Shown in pieces: positions 39,599-49,786 of a DNA stretch of 64,000 bases (position 1 is the first letter of the stretch; each line of letters begins with the position of its first letter). Source of the DNA: an uncultured bacterium. Lineage in GTDB: Bacteria > Babelota > Babeliae > Babelales > Vermiphilaceae. The stretch spans positions 736,001-800,000 of the forward strand of contig OY970172.1 of the NCBI GenBank assembly GCA_963707655.1, written 5' to 3'. The notes under the pieces were generated by a model that was not told the origin of the DNA, did no database searches, and saw only the letters and a program-made list of their open reading frames with translations. The translations under genes were made by a program, and so were the position numbers.

Positions 39599-41437
39599 AT
39601 GGTGATGCGCATTTTTCGTGATATTATTTTTTTCATATTTTTTCTGCATTCTTTTGCTTATGCGGAGCAAAACTCAACTCCTTTCTTTAATGCCCGATCT
39701 CAAAATGAAGATTCTACTCGCTGGCTGGTTGGTTGGACCCATCAAGTTAACCGTCCATGCGCACAACAAAAATATTACACGCTTGCCATAACGCCAGCTT
39801 ATAGCCAAACCTTTAAGTCTCTTGATTTGGCCCAATCTCTTTTTGGCAGTGACTTGATTGAGCCAGGTTTTGATACCCCATATATTACCATTTCCGGCAG
39901 CGCGGTTAATGGCCGATACGCGGTAAATCAATGGCTGGCCGATTATTTTGGCCTACCGCCCGATTTTCAAAGTAATGTATTTTTTAAGCCGAGTATAAAA
40001 AACTCTATGCTCGATTTTAATCTGTATGTCGGCTTTTCTGACTGGGCAGAGGGTGCGTATATTAATATTTTTGGTCCCTTGGTGTATACACGCTGGGATC
40101 TGGGCATGTCTGAAATAATAATTAGTCCCGGCAGCCTCGGTTATGCACCCGGATATTTTAATGAAACGGGCGTGCCACGCGCAAACCTGCTTAATAGTTT
40201 TACACAGTTCATTGCTGAAGAAAAAGCACCGGTTATAGATGATGTCACCACCTTTATGCCATTGCGCTCTTCTAAAATGGCCAATCGCGCACTTCACAAA
40301 ATAGGATTTGCTGATTTACAAGTAGTTGCCGGCTACAACTTTATTCAAGATGAAGATTATCATATCGGCGGCAATCTGCGCCTGGTAATTCCGACCGGTA
40401 CGCGCCCTAAAGGTAAATTTTTATTTGAACCGATCGTTGGCAATGGTCATTTTTTTGAAGCGGGACTTGGTTTTTCTACTCATGGTATTATTTGGGCCGA
40501 TGTTGATCGCACACAAGAAATTGCCTTTTATCTTGAGGTATGGGTGACTCATCTTTTTTCCACGCTGCAACGGCGGGCATTTGATCTCAAGCTTGGGGAT
40601 AACAGCCGCTACATGCTCGCGCTTGGTATGACCGATCTTATCAGTGGTGGATTGTCAGACGAATCGGGGAAAGCTCCAAACTTTCAATATGATGAAGCGT
40701 TTAATCCCGTTGCCAATTTAACTACTATGCCCGCATGGGTCTCTGTTCCGTGGCAAGCGGATATTACGCTGCTTTTTAATTTTACTCATCACAATCTTGA
40801 AGCTGATTGTGGTTTTAACTACTGGGTGCGTCAACCGGAACAGATAAAAACAATTAAATATGGCTGTGCCAATCCGGTTACCGTGCAATCATGGGCGTTA
40901 AAAGGAGATGCACAAATGTTTGGCTTTACTACCGGCACTCATGACCCCGTTGCGCTTTCTGCCACTGAAAGCAATGCGACCATTCACGAAGGAGGAAATG
41001 TACTTATGAGCAATAGCAGCACCGCGGGCCAGGTTAATAATAATCTTGGCATCGATAATCCTGTGCCCGCTTATGCAGCCGGCATTGAATTATTAAATAG
41101 TAACTTTGATGCACCAATTAATACTTCTTTCCAGCCGGTATTGCTTGCCAACAAAAGCATTGCCCATTGCCGCTCAAGCACACAGGGGCTTTCGTATGCG
41201 GCCTTTATAAATCTTAACTATGTTTGGAACAATGAAAGCTGTTGGTACACCCCATATTTGGGTGGCGGTTGCAAAATTGAAATAGCTCCTGATGGGCCAA
41301 ATAACACATGCCCAAGCGTCTGCACGGCAAATTCCATACCAAATTCTCTATGCGGTTTTTGTGATGAAGACATTCGCCTTCAAGTGAATGCCTCGCAATG
41401 GACAGTGTGGCTTAAAGGTGGCGTTCGCTTTAATTAA
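39599..41437 (+). CDS. Large putative outer-membrane beta-barrel, paralog B
   Basis: Signal peptide, C-terminal WLKGGVRFN, motifs shared with paralog A; start codon uncertain. Confidence 0.75.
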   Translation: MVMRIFRDIIFFIFFLHSFAYAEQNSTPFFNARSQNEDSTRWLVGWTHQVNRPCAQQKYYTLAITPAYSQTFKSLDLAQSLFGSDLIEPGFDTPYITISGSAVNGRYAVNQWLADYFGLPPDFQSNVFFKPSIKNSMLDFNLYVGFSDWAEGAYINIFGPLVYTRWDLGMSEIIISPGSLGYAPGYFNETGVPRANLLNSFTQFIAEEKAPVIDDVTTFMPLRSSKMANRALHKIGFADLQVVAGYNFIQDEDYHIGGNLRLVIPTGTRPKGKFLFEPIVGNGHFFEAGLGFSTHGIIWADVDRTQEIAFYLEVWVTHLFSTLQRRAFDLKLGDNSRYMLALGMTDLISGGLSDESGKAPNFQYDEAFNPVANLTTMPAWVSVPWQADITLLFNFTHHNLEADCGFNYWVRQPEQIKTIKYGCANPVTVQSWALKGDAQMFGFTTGTHDPVALSATESNATIHEGGNVLMSNSSTAGQVNNNLGIDNPVPAYAAGIELLNSNFDAPINTSFQPVLLANKSIAHCRSSTQGLSYAAFINLNYVWNNESCWYTPYLGGGCKIEIAPDGPNNTCPSVCTANSIPNSLCGFCDEDIRLQVNASQWTVWLKGGVRFN

Positions 41438-41467
41438 ATTTTTTTAAAAAAAGGTAGGGGTAGTACT

Positions 41468-42472
41468 ATGTGTACCGGTATTCGTTTAAAAGCGGAAAAT
41501 AAATCAATCATCTATGCACGCACCTTGGAGTTTGGCCAGGAGACCGCATCAAACATTATTATGATTCCCCGTGAATATGAATTAAAAAGTGAAGCATCGC
41601 AAGGATTGTCTTGGCGCTCGCGCTACGCAGTTGTCGGTGCAAACATGCTCAATATCACCGGTGTTGTTGACGGCGTGAACGAAAAAGGGCTCGCCGGGGG
41701 TCTCTTTTATTTTCCTGGATATGCAGCGTATCAGAAAATTTCTGCCGATGAAATGGCACAATCGATTGCTCCTTGGGAGTTGTTGACCTGGATCCTTACG
41801 ACTTGTGAAACTGTTGATCAGGTGCGCACCGCATTACCAAAAATAAAAGTAGCAGAAATTGTTTTTAAAGAATGGAGCATAGTGCCACCCATTCATGCCA
41901 TCGTACATGAAGCGCAGGGTAAAAGTCTGATGATAGAATATATTGCAGGTGAATTGGTAATGCGTGATAACCCATTGGGTGTTATTACTAATTCTCCTTC
42001 TTTTGATTGGCACATGATTAACATGAGCAACTATATTAATCTGAGTGCAACTAATGCAGCGGCGCTCAAATCTAATGGATTATCATTTGCGCCACTGGGC
42101 CAAGGCTCAGGCATGCTTGGGTTACCCGGTGATTTTACGCCACCGTCACGCTTTATTCGCGCTGCATTTTTTAGTCAGTCTGCACAAGATATAAAAACAG
42201 AACATGAAGCATGCAAGACAGCATTTCGCCTTCTTGATCTTTTTAATATTAGCGTTGGCCTGGTGCGTGAAACGCAAGAAGGCAAAAATTATTACGATTA
42301 CACGCAATGGACAAGTGCAGCTGATCTAAGCAATAAACGTTATTATTGGCACACGTATGATAATCGCCAAGTACAAATGGTTGATCTTATGCAGATGAAT
42401 ATTACCGGCAAAGAAACAACCATTATCAAAATGCATTATGATGAAATAAAATATGATCACTCAAAAGAATAG
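41468..42472 (+). CDS. Choloylglycine hydrolase / penicillin V acylase (Ntn hydrolase, peptidase C59)
   Basis: N-terminal MCT nucleophile, ARTLEF, DGVNEKGL, TNSP, GLPGDFTPPSRFIRA. Confidence 0.92.
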   Translation: MCTGIRLKAENKSIIYARTLEFGQETASNIIMIPREYELKSEASQGLSWRSRYAVVGANMLNITGVVDGVNEKGLAGGLFYFPGYAAYQKISADEMAQSIAPWELLTWILTTCETVDQVRTALPKIKVAEIVFKEWSIVPPIHAIVHEAQGKSLMIEYIAGELVMRDNPLGVITNSPSFDWHMINMSNYINLSATNAAALKSNGLSFAPLGQGSGMLGLPGDFTPPSRFIRAAFFSQSAQDIKTEHEACKTAFRLLDLFNISVGLVRETQEGKNYYDYTQWTSAADLSNKRYYWHTYDNRQVQMVDLMQMNITGKETTIIKMHYDEIKYDHSKE

Positions 42473-43711
42473 TTAATATATTGGGTGCTTCATACACAGC
42501 TGCTTTGTTTTTTCTTTAATCTCCGTGAGTTTTTGTTCATCGGCGCGATGAGTAATTGCGGCATCAATTAATGCAACAATCTCTTTTGCCTCGTTTTCTT
42601 TCATGCCTCGCGTTGAGATTGCGGGAGATCCAATTCTAATGCCGCTGGTGATCCATGGCTTTTCCGGATCAAAAGGTATGGTGCTACGGCTTACGGTAAT
42701 ACCAACTTTTTCAAGCAACAATTCTGCTGCGCGTCCGGCAATTTCTTTTGAGCGTAAATCTACAATGAATAAATGATTGTCGGTGCCACCGGCAACAATC
42801 CGATAGCCACGCGTAACAAATTCTTGTGCCATAGTTTTGGCATTGTTGATTACCTGTTGCTGGTATTCAATAAAATCAGGTTGTAGCGCTTCGTTAAAGG
42901 CAACCGCTTTGGCTGCGATCACATTCATAAATGGGCCACCCTGCACCCCGGGAATAATGGTTTTATCAATGCTTTGGGCAAATTCTTTTTTGCACATAAT
43001 AAGACCGCCGCGTGGACCACGCAATGTTTTATGAGTGGTGCTTGTGACGAAATCAGCGTGAGGAAAAGGATTGGGATGCAGTTGCGCCGCAATAAGGCCC
43101 GCGATGTGGGCAATATCAGCCATTAAATAAGCACCTGCTTTTTTGGCGATCTGGCCAAAACGCTCAAAATCAATTGTGCGTGAATAGGCAGATGCACCGA
43201 CAACAATCAGCTTTGGCTTGTGTTCCAGAGCTAATTTTTCAACCTCATCATAATCAATCATTTCTGTTTCTTTGTTGACTCCATATTGCACACTCTTAAA
43301 AAAACGGCCCGAAAAATTGACGCCGTGACCATGAGTGAGATGACCACCTTCTGATAAACTCATGCCCATAAGAGTATCGCCGGGATTGAGCACAGAAAAA
43401 TAGACTCCCATATTGGCGTTTGATCCTGATAGTGGCTGAACATTTACATGTTCGGCATTAAATAACTGTTTACAGCGCTCTATGGCTATTGTTTCAGCCT
43501 GATCAACGTATTGGCACCCGCCATAATAACGTTTTCCCGGGTATCCTTCTGCATATTTATTAGTGAGCACAGAACCGGTTGCTTCCATTACGGCGCATGA
43601 AGCATAATTTTCAGAAGCAATGAGATCAATTTCTTGTTGCTGGCGCGTTTCTTCATTATGAATGATTGCAAAGAGTGCGGGGTCTGTTTTTTGTAAAGAA
43701 GTATTAATCAT
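42473..43711 (-). CDS. glyA: Serine hydroxymethyltransferase
   Basis: [40 protein letters not shown]. Confidence 0.97.
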   Translation of the reverse strand: MINTSLQKTDPALFAIIHNEETRQQQEIDLIASENYASCAVMEATGSVLTNKYAEGYPGKRYYGGCQYVDQAETIAIERCKQLFNAEHVNVQPLSGSNANMGVYFSVLNPGDTLMGMSLSEGGHLTHGHGVNFSGRFFKSVQYGVNKETEMIDYDEVEKLALEHKPKLIVVGASAYSRTIDFERFGQIAKKAGAYLMADIAHIAGLIAAQLHPNPFPHADFVTSTTHKTLRGPRGGLIMCKKEFAQSIDKTIIPGVQGGPFMNVIAAKAVAFNEALQPDFIEYQQQVINNAKTMAQEFVTRGYRIVAGGTDNHLFIVDLRSKEIAGRAAELLLEKVGITVSRSTIPFDPEKPWITSGIRIGSPAISTRGMKENEAKEIVALIDAAITHRADEQKLTEIKEKTKQLCMKHPIY

Positions 43712-43971
43712 TTTTTTGCCTATTAATGGGTTATGGAGAAGAGTTGCATTGCGGCTATTAATGTTTGATAACAAATGTTACTACATCTTAAAAAAATCAA
43801 TGAAAAATGCAAATGAGATACGCGTTAAAGTGAACGGTTTAAAAAAGCTGTTGTATTGCCTTTGTTTTTATGTTAATTACTTACGGTGTATAATAACTAT
43901 TTTATTTTTTAAGTAAGGATTATAACAATCATGGTGGTTTCCAGACGCGGCGTAATGTCTTATTGTAAAGG

Positions 43972-44015
43972 TAAAATGCCGTTTTTTGACCACACTATCA
44001 AAAAACGGCATTTTA
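43972..44015. terminator. 18-bp perfect inverted repeat, probable terminator
   Basis: TAAAATGCCGTTTTTTGA / TCAAAAAACGGCATTTTA downstream of 44078..44926. Confidence 0.7.
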
Positions 44016-44077
44016 AAATTTCTTCAATTATTTGGCTGGTAATTGTAACTCTTTATATAATGCGATGATAACGCATA

Positions 44078-44926
44078 TTATTCAGTTTCGACCTGAATAT
44101 TCCCACCGCGTTCGAATATATAAAGATCTGTATCGTCCGTTTCGAAAGTGCCTGAGGCATTATCGGCAGTAGTTACAGAAAATCTCTTTGTATTGCCATG
44201 ATCAACAGAGACCGTTTGGCCCGCAGGAGCAGTGTATTCTTTGCCATTTACGCCAAAAGTAACCTCTCCGCCTGTTCGATTGGTGACATTCCACTCACCT
44301 TGGTTTTTATTATTTATCAGTTGTTCATCAGAGTTATCATATACTGGCGCATAGTCATAATCAGCATCAGAATCAACGTTAGAACCTATGGACGGCCATA
44401 ACCAGAACCATGGGTAAAACCCAAATCCGAGCCAGCCCCACCAAGGGAGTCCCCACCATAAGCCACCAAACCAGCCCCAACCACCCCAGCCGCCCCAATT
44501 ATTGTGCCAGCCATGATTATTGTTAAAATGACCGTTGTGACCGTGTGCGCCATGAGCACCGTGAGCGCTATGAGCGCCATGTGCTCCTGCAGCGTGTGCC
44601 GTATGACCAGTTGCTGCGTGACTTGCGCCAACAGAACGTGCTGAATGCATGGTACCACTTCGTGCAGCTGCAGTATGCGCTCCGGCTGCACCGCCGGCAC
44701 GAGCATAGCCGCCTCCGCGTGCGTATCCGCCATGATAACCTCCGCCACCGCCAAAACTACGTCCGCCGCCGCCAAAGCCGCCGCCACGTCCGCCTCCTCC
44801 TCCAAAGCCGTGGCCTCCGCCACCGCCGCCATGACCTCCTCCGCCACCGCGGCTCAATAATGAATGGGATACATTGAGTAATCCCAATACCGCTACAGCG
44901 ATCATACTGTATCGTAAAATTTTCAT
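44078..44926 (-). CDS. Secreted Gly/His/Trp-rich low-complexity protein
   Basis: Signal peptide, RGGG/FGGG tract, (GAH)n, WGGW/WWG tract, small beta-rich C-terminal domain. Confidence 0.8.
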   Translation of the reverse strand: MKILRYSMIAVAVLGLLNVSHSLLSRGGGGGHGGGGGGHGFGGGGGRGGGFGGGGRSFGGGGGYHGGYARGGGYARAGGAAGAHTAAARSGTMHSARSVGASHAATGHTAHAAGAHGAHSAHGAHGAHGHNGHFNNNHGWHNNWGGWGGWGWFGGLWWGLPWWGWLGFGFYPWFWLWPSIGSNVDSDADYDYAPVYDNSDEQLINNKNQGEWNVTNRTGGEVTFGVNGKEYTAPAGQTVSVDHGNTKRFSVTTADNASGTFETDDTDLYIFERGGNIQVETE

Positions 44927-45150
44927 AATGATTCCCTTTCTAAATATTAAAATTTATCGCTATTGTCACAATATTGCCCTTTATACAAGCAAATAATCGA
45001 GACAAACCCCTTTATAGATATCATTCTTATTCAAGGCTTCATATATAGATATTAATACAATTAGAGTATCAAAGACAACGATATTGCAAGTTTTTATTGT
45101 TGATAATCTTTTTAATGATGCATAAGATCAGAAAATATATCTTCGGTATT

Positions 45151-45184
45151 AAAAAAAACCGCTTTTTTATGAGCGGCTTTTTTT
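45151..45184 (-). terminator. Intrinsic terminator
   Basis: A-tract, CCGCT/AGCGG hairpin, T-tract. Confidence 0.6.
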
Positions 45185-45206
45185 AGTAAAGAGAAAATAG
45201 AGGATT

Positions 45207-45740
45207 TTAGTTAGCCATTGGATTGTGATCTTCACTTACGTCTATTTTGTATACGGGAGCGATATTGTTTTCGCTATCTTTATTGAATTCTAAAGAGATT
45301 CTATAAAGATGTGGTTTACTCACTTCTTTTTCTCCACTCACTTTGTTTTGCCAAAATGCTACGGTTTTATCATTTTTGGTGAGTTTTATGGTATTGGTAA
45401 TCATTGAACCATGACCTTTTCCGGTATGTTCCGCCGATACATGAAGTTGGAACATGCTTGGCACTTCTTCTGAGCCAATTTCAATAATATTCTCATTAAA
45501 GTTCTTATTACCGACTGTTTTAAGGCGTAAATCGCTAATATCTTCTTGTGGTTTGCAGGTAATGTCTTTACCGCAGCGTTGGTGCACCAAATTATTTCTT
45601 TCAGTAGTAAATACGTTGATCAGCAATTGCTGGCCAGTGTGATTGGTAAGGTCAGCTAACTTAAATTGTGACCCTGCAAGTGCAGATCCGCTGATTGTCA
45701 GGCATAACAATGCGGCAATTAATTGTATATTGTTTTTCAT
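45207..45740 (-). CDS. Secreted beta-rich hypothetical protein
   Basis: Signal peptide ALA|GS. Confidence 0.75.
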   Translation of the reverse strand: MKNNIQLIAALLCLTISGSALAGSQFKLADLTNHTGQQLLINVFTTERNNLVHQRCGKDITCKPQEDISDLRLKTVGNKNFNENIIEIGSEEVPSMFQLHVSAEHTGKGHGSMITNTIKLTKNDKTVAFWQNKVSGEKEVSKPHLYRISLEFNKDSENNIAPVYKIDVSEDHNPMAN

Positions 45741-46121
45741 AGGGGGACCCTTTTTGGTTAATAAAAAAATTAAAAATATTTATTTCTAATTCTAATTGTA
45801 AATTATTTACCACCTCGTTAGTCAACATTTTTGAATAACATTTTTTATTTTTTTTATTGAAGCGTAAAAAGGCTCATATCTGCGCGCTAATTTTTATGGT
45901 GAATCAAAAAATTAGTGAGTTATTTGTTTTGGTTTAGAAGTACTTATTCCGGAGTCATATAGGCATTTGTGTGAAATTTTGGATAATAAGCGTCTCTTGG
46001 TATCAAAAAAAGAGCTATTATGCATGGCTTGAGCTCCGCATTTCCTTGGTCCCTCATAAACAAGTGCAGGCGCGTGGCTTATTAATCAGGTGGATGGGTA
46101 TCTGTCCGGCTGCTGTTAACC

Positions 46122-46158
46122 AATAAAAAAGCTCTGACCTTCATCAGAGCTTTTTATT
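46122..46158. terminator. Intrinsic terminator
   Basis: AAAAAGCTCTGA/TCAGAGCTTTTT. Confidence 0.8.
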
Positions 46159-46177
46159 AATTACCATTTTGCCTGTT

Positions 46178-46606
46178 TTACAGTTGTGGCAGCGGCTCTA
46201 TCTGGCTGAGCCGCAACAGTTCTTGTATGTTTTCGAGCTTTTCATCTCGTTTTCTTTTAATTTTTATTCTTTGTTTTTTGAGATTGTTTCTTTGTGCAAT
46301 CTGCGGCATTAATAGGTTATCATATATCCACATGCGGTCAGATATATCTCCTGCTTGCGCAAACATGGCCCTTCTAATCTGTATTTGTTTTTCTGCTTGG
46401 GCACTCTGTGCTTTTAAAGCTTCTTCTTGCGCATATAAGGCCGCCCTGTCTTCGTATTCCAAAGGCAAGCATCTTTCTGCCGCTAATTGCGCCAATGCTT
46501 CAAGCCCTGCTCTGTTTTCGCTGTTTTCATAGCCATCGTGCTCCATGGATAATGCAATACTGCCAGAAACCAGCAACAATGTGGCTATAACTATCTTGAT
46601 ATTCAT
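46178..46606 (-). CDS. Secreted helical hypothetical protein with a basic NLS-like patch
   Basis: GAGG RBS, ALS|MEH, KKQRIKIKRKR. Confidence 0.75.
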   Translation of the reverse strand: MNIKIVIATLLLVSGSIALSMEHDGYENSENRAGLEALAQLAAERCLPLEYEDRAALYAQEEALKAQSAQAEKQIQIRRAMFAQAGDISDRMWIYDNLLMPQIAQRNNLKKQRIKIKRKRDEKLENIQELLRLSQIEPLPQL

Positions 46607-46630
46607 AAGTAACCTCTCATAAAAATTATT

Positions 46631-47194
46631 TTAATTGCTCTTGTATTTACTTTTTGCTTCTTGTATCTCGGTATTGAGCGCATTTATCTTGCTCTTATAA
46701 CGATCTCGCTGAACCAGCGATTTTTTATATTCAGCTAAGGCAACCCTACGTTGTTCAGGAGTGTGAGAACTAGAGTCACTGGTGAGCTGACGAAACTCTT
46801 TGCCCAATTCATCTTCCATGATCTTGCCCTGCTCCTCAAGTATATTTTTAGCATCCTCAAGAAGCTCAACCAATGTCGCATTTTGTGGCAGGCCATTTCT
46901 TTTTTTCACCGGTGCTCGCGGCCTTAAAAGATACCAGCCGGCAAACCCAGCAATACCGATACCCGCTACAGTGCCGCCCGCTAACATCATCTTTTTTTTG
47001 TTCCAACGGCTTATTTGATGGTTTGATGGGGATATTTCTTTGAGTGCGGCAAGCAATCCGCCGACATATCGATCAACCCATGATGATGTGTGGCCATCAG
47101 CCCATGCCCCCGGCACTACACACAACAGACTGATTACAATAAACAGTGTGCGCGCGAGGATTATCACTCCCCGCCTATTATTTCTTACTGACAT
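46631..47194 (-). CDS. Secreted single-TM coiled-coil hypothetical protein
   Basis: Signal AWA|DG, TM LAGGTVAGIGIAGFAGWYLL, coiled coil. Confidence 0.75.
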   Translation of the reverse strand: MSVRNNRRGVIILARTLFIVISLLCVVPGAWADGHTSSWVDRYVGGLLAALKEISPSNHQISRWNKKKMMLAGGTVAGIGIAGFAGWYLLRPRAPVKKRNGLPQNATLVELLEDAKNILEEQGKIMEDELGKEFRQLTSDSSSHTPEQRRVALAEYKKSLVQRDRYKSKINALNTEIQEAKSKYKSN

Positions 47195-47317
47195 AAAAAA
47201 CCTCTATGAAATATGATTTTGAACCATGGTGAATCACTGATTAACCACTTCTAAAAATTTTACCATAGAAATTAATTTTTATCCAGGCGCACCACGCTGT
47301 GCCGTAAATGGGTATTG

Positions 47318-48310
47318 CTAAAAGCGTTTTGATTTGAGATCGTTTTCCAATATTACAAGGTCGCGATACACCATCTCTGCCACGCAGGCTCTGCCGGGAT
47401 AACACCTAGACCGTGGATTCATTGCTTCACGATTGATCATACAAAATTTTTGAGCCTCCTTCAGGCACTTCATTTCAGGCAATATGTTATCTGCGCCCAC
47501 ATATTTCATCGCGATTAATAGATTGGCTTTTGCTCTTGTGATTGCCTGGCGTCTTGTCATCCCTCGCTTGCCATACGCTTTTTTCTCGGGGATACGCGAT
47601 TGTTTTTTGGGTTGCGGCGTGGCCACCGGTTGCCCGGTGAGTTCGGCAATGATCTGCGCCTTGAGAGATCTGGCATGATCTATATGCGTTTTTTTGAGAT
47701 TTTTTATGACTTTTCTCAATGCTTGAGTATCATCGCCATTTATACGATAAGATTTGGGCATCCACCGACACTCCTCGTTATAAATTATTGTGTAGCATTG
47801 CAAATATTGTTTTTGTACAAGCTCTTTTTCTGCTTTCAGTTTTAGCGATATAGACTCCAACGTCGTGATCTTGGCACAAATCGATTTGATCGTTGGATCG
47901 CGGATAATCATTGCCTCACGCACAAGCACATCATTATCTGTGCCACATGGATTAATTGCATCAGAAGCAAGGAGCTCTTCAAGAAGGGAATTCAGTTCAC
48001 GGGTCTCATTTTCTACCAGCGTGTGATCGCGAATAGTTTTAGCCAACGATTCACACGTCCGCACAAAAAGATCGTATTCCCGTTCGCGTTTGCCTCGCGA
48101 GCAGCAGAAGATGCGATCAACAGAAGCACCAATGCGAAAAGCAATTGTTTCATACCGGTTGTTGGTTTGATTATTGGAAAACCCATTGTATCCATCTTTG
48201 AACGCATAAAGAGGCCGCAGATGCCATGGCGCATCGCTAGAAGATTCACCGGCGCGCATGGTATGTAGCGCGAGAGCACATTGCACAATTATGAAAATGG
48301 TAATACGCAT
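47318..48310 (-). CDS. Secreted helical hypothetical protein
   Basis: GGAG RBS, signal-like N-terminus, 330-aa ORF. Confidence 0.7.
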   Translation of the reverse strand: MRITIFIIVQCALALHTMRAGESSSDAPWHLRPLYAFKDGYNGFSNNQTNNRYETIAFRIGASVDRIFCCSRGKREREYDLFVRTCESLAKTIRDHTLVENETRELNSLLEELLASDAINPCGTDNDVLVREAMIIRDPTIKSICAKITTLESISLKLKAEKELVQKQYLQCYTIIYNEECRWMPKSYRINGDDTQALRKVIKNLKKTHIDHARSLKAQIIAELTGQPVATPQPKKQSRIPEKKAYGKRGMTRRQAITRAKANLLIAMKYVGADNILPEMKCLKEAQKFCMINREAMNPRSRCYPGRACVAEMVYRDLVILENDLKSKRF

Positions 48311-48559
48311 GAGCTATTTTCTCCGTATTAACTCAGTGAAGTTTTTTGAATAGTAAACTTTGGAGGTAAGTCTAATCGTAATCATCTGAAACTTCAATAG
48401 CATGCTCTGGTTCTGCAACGAAGAAAAGCATTCTGCAAAATTACCTAATTGAATTTCAATGCGCAACTGATACTCTTAATTAAAGAGGGTTTGTTCATCC
48501 ACAAACAGTGTGGCCAAACACCCATTCGAAGTAATCTCAAATAAAGTGGAGAACATATC

Positions 48560-49027
48560 ATGACCATCGTTAAAAAAATAAGGTTGTATATCTGCCTCGC
48601 GCTTACGACCATAACCATGGGCAATGCGCACGGGGCTGAGAGCTCCACTCAAGACGAATGGCCAGCTTATTCTTTAACGCTCGACATACACAGAAGAAAT
48701 GAAACACCGGCATATGTTAAGTTTACGCTGATGGACAGAGGGCATGAGATAGGGCACATAAACGGATACCTGCCATATGCCGATGATGTTTATGGATGTA
48801 TTCTGAGTCTGAATGTCGAGAATGCTTGGCAAGGCAAGGGTGTTGGGAGCTGGCTCCTGCAATTATTTACCAAAGAATGTGATAAGCGGGTGCATGGCGA
48901 TCTGAACCAAGGCCTCAAGTTATACTCGCTGACGGGGAGTGTTAGTTTTTATGAAAAACATGGTTTTGTTAAAGAAAATCCGAACGCCATAAATGGTCCT
49001 TTTGACATGATTCGGAAAAAAAATTGA
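48560..49027 (+). CDS. GNAT acetyltransferase with a signal peptide
   Basis: LNV...WQGKGVGSWLL acetyl-CoA motif, FYEKHGF; AHG|AE signal site. Confidence 0.85.
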   Translation: MTIVKKIRLYICLALTTITMGNAHGAESSTQDEWPAYSLTLDIHRRNETPAYVKFTLMDRGHEIGHINGYLPYADDVYGCILSLNVENAWQGKGVGSWLLQLFTKECDKRVHGDLNQGLKLYSLTGSVSFYEKHGFVKENPNAINGPFDMIRKKN

Positions 49028-49109
49028 TCAACATGGGTAATCTTTACCAAAACAGTATTTCGTTTGATTTGCAATAACATACTATCTGTACAAGATTGAT
49101 GCTTGAACA

Positions 49110-49161
49110 AATAAAAAAGCCGCCGTATCTGATTTTTAACAGGCACCGCGGCTTTTTTATT
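49110..49161. terminator. Bidirectional terminator
   Basis: AATAAAAAAGCCGC...GCGGCTTTTTTATT between convergent genes. Confidence 0.7.
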
Positions 49162-49178
49162 GTACTTTTTATGGTTAT

Positions 49179-49640
49179 TTAAAATCCATAGCCATTACCA
49201 AAAAAAGGCCCATTTTTATAGCCTAAATAATAGGGATATGCACGATAATAAGGGGGCAAATAATCTACATATGTAGGGCTTTTGTAAGAATAATAATTAG
49301 AATAATAAGGGTAATCCCACTCTGAATCATTATAATCTTCAAAATTTTGTCGTATGGGCTTATAGCTGTCTTTAAAATTTTCATCATCTTCTCTTAACCC
49401 AACAGGATTTGCATAACTATAGCCGGACCTATTGTGTCGCAATGGGCCTGAATCAGTACTTCGTGTATATCTTTCAGTAGATTCTCCTGATCCTCTACCA
49501 TGATGATGGTGCATAGAGTGCTCAGAATTTTCATAAGGGCACGGTACATCATCAGCAACATCGCAATCTGCGCGCAAGGATGCCGCTTGAAGCATGAGTG
49601 CAATGGCAAAAATTCTCAATAATAGTGTTTTTTTATTCAT
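49179..49640 (-). CDS. Secreted His-tract / Tyr-Pro-rich protein
   Basis: Signal LRA|DC, HHHHH, Tyr-rich C-terminus. Confidence 0.7.
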   Translation of the reverse strand: MNKKTLLLRIFAIALMLQAASLRADCDVADDVPCPYENSEHSMHHHHGRGSGESTERYTRSTDSGPLRHNRSGYSYANPVGLREDDENFKDSYKPIRQNFEDYNDSEWDYPYYSNYYSYKSPTYVDYLPPYYRAYPYYLGYKNGPFFGNGYGF

Positions 49641-49786
49641 TGTAGCCCTTTTTTTAATAATCTTGATATACGATAATTTTAATACAGATTAGATTAAATA
49701 ATCAATGGTTTTGCAATATTATCATTGCAGTCTGAATATTTTTAATGTTATTTTGGTAATGGCAGAAAAACAAAGGAGAAACAATA

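Noticed and set aside
46005..46120. GC-richer intergenic stretch as a possible ncRNA
   Set aside because: Only short weak stems (GAGCT/AGCTC) and no convincing promoter, so I cannot support it.
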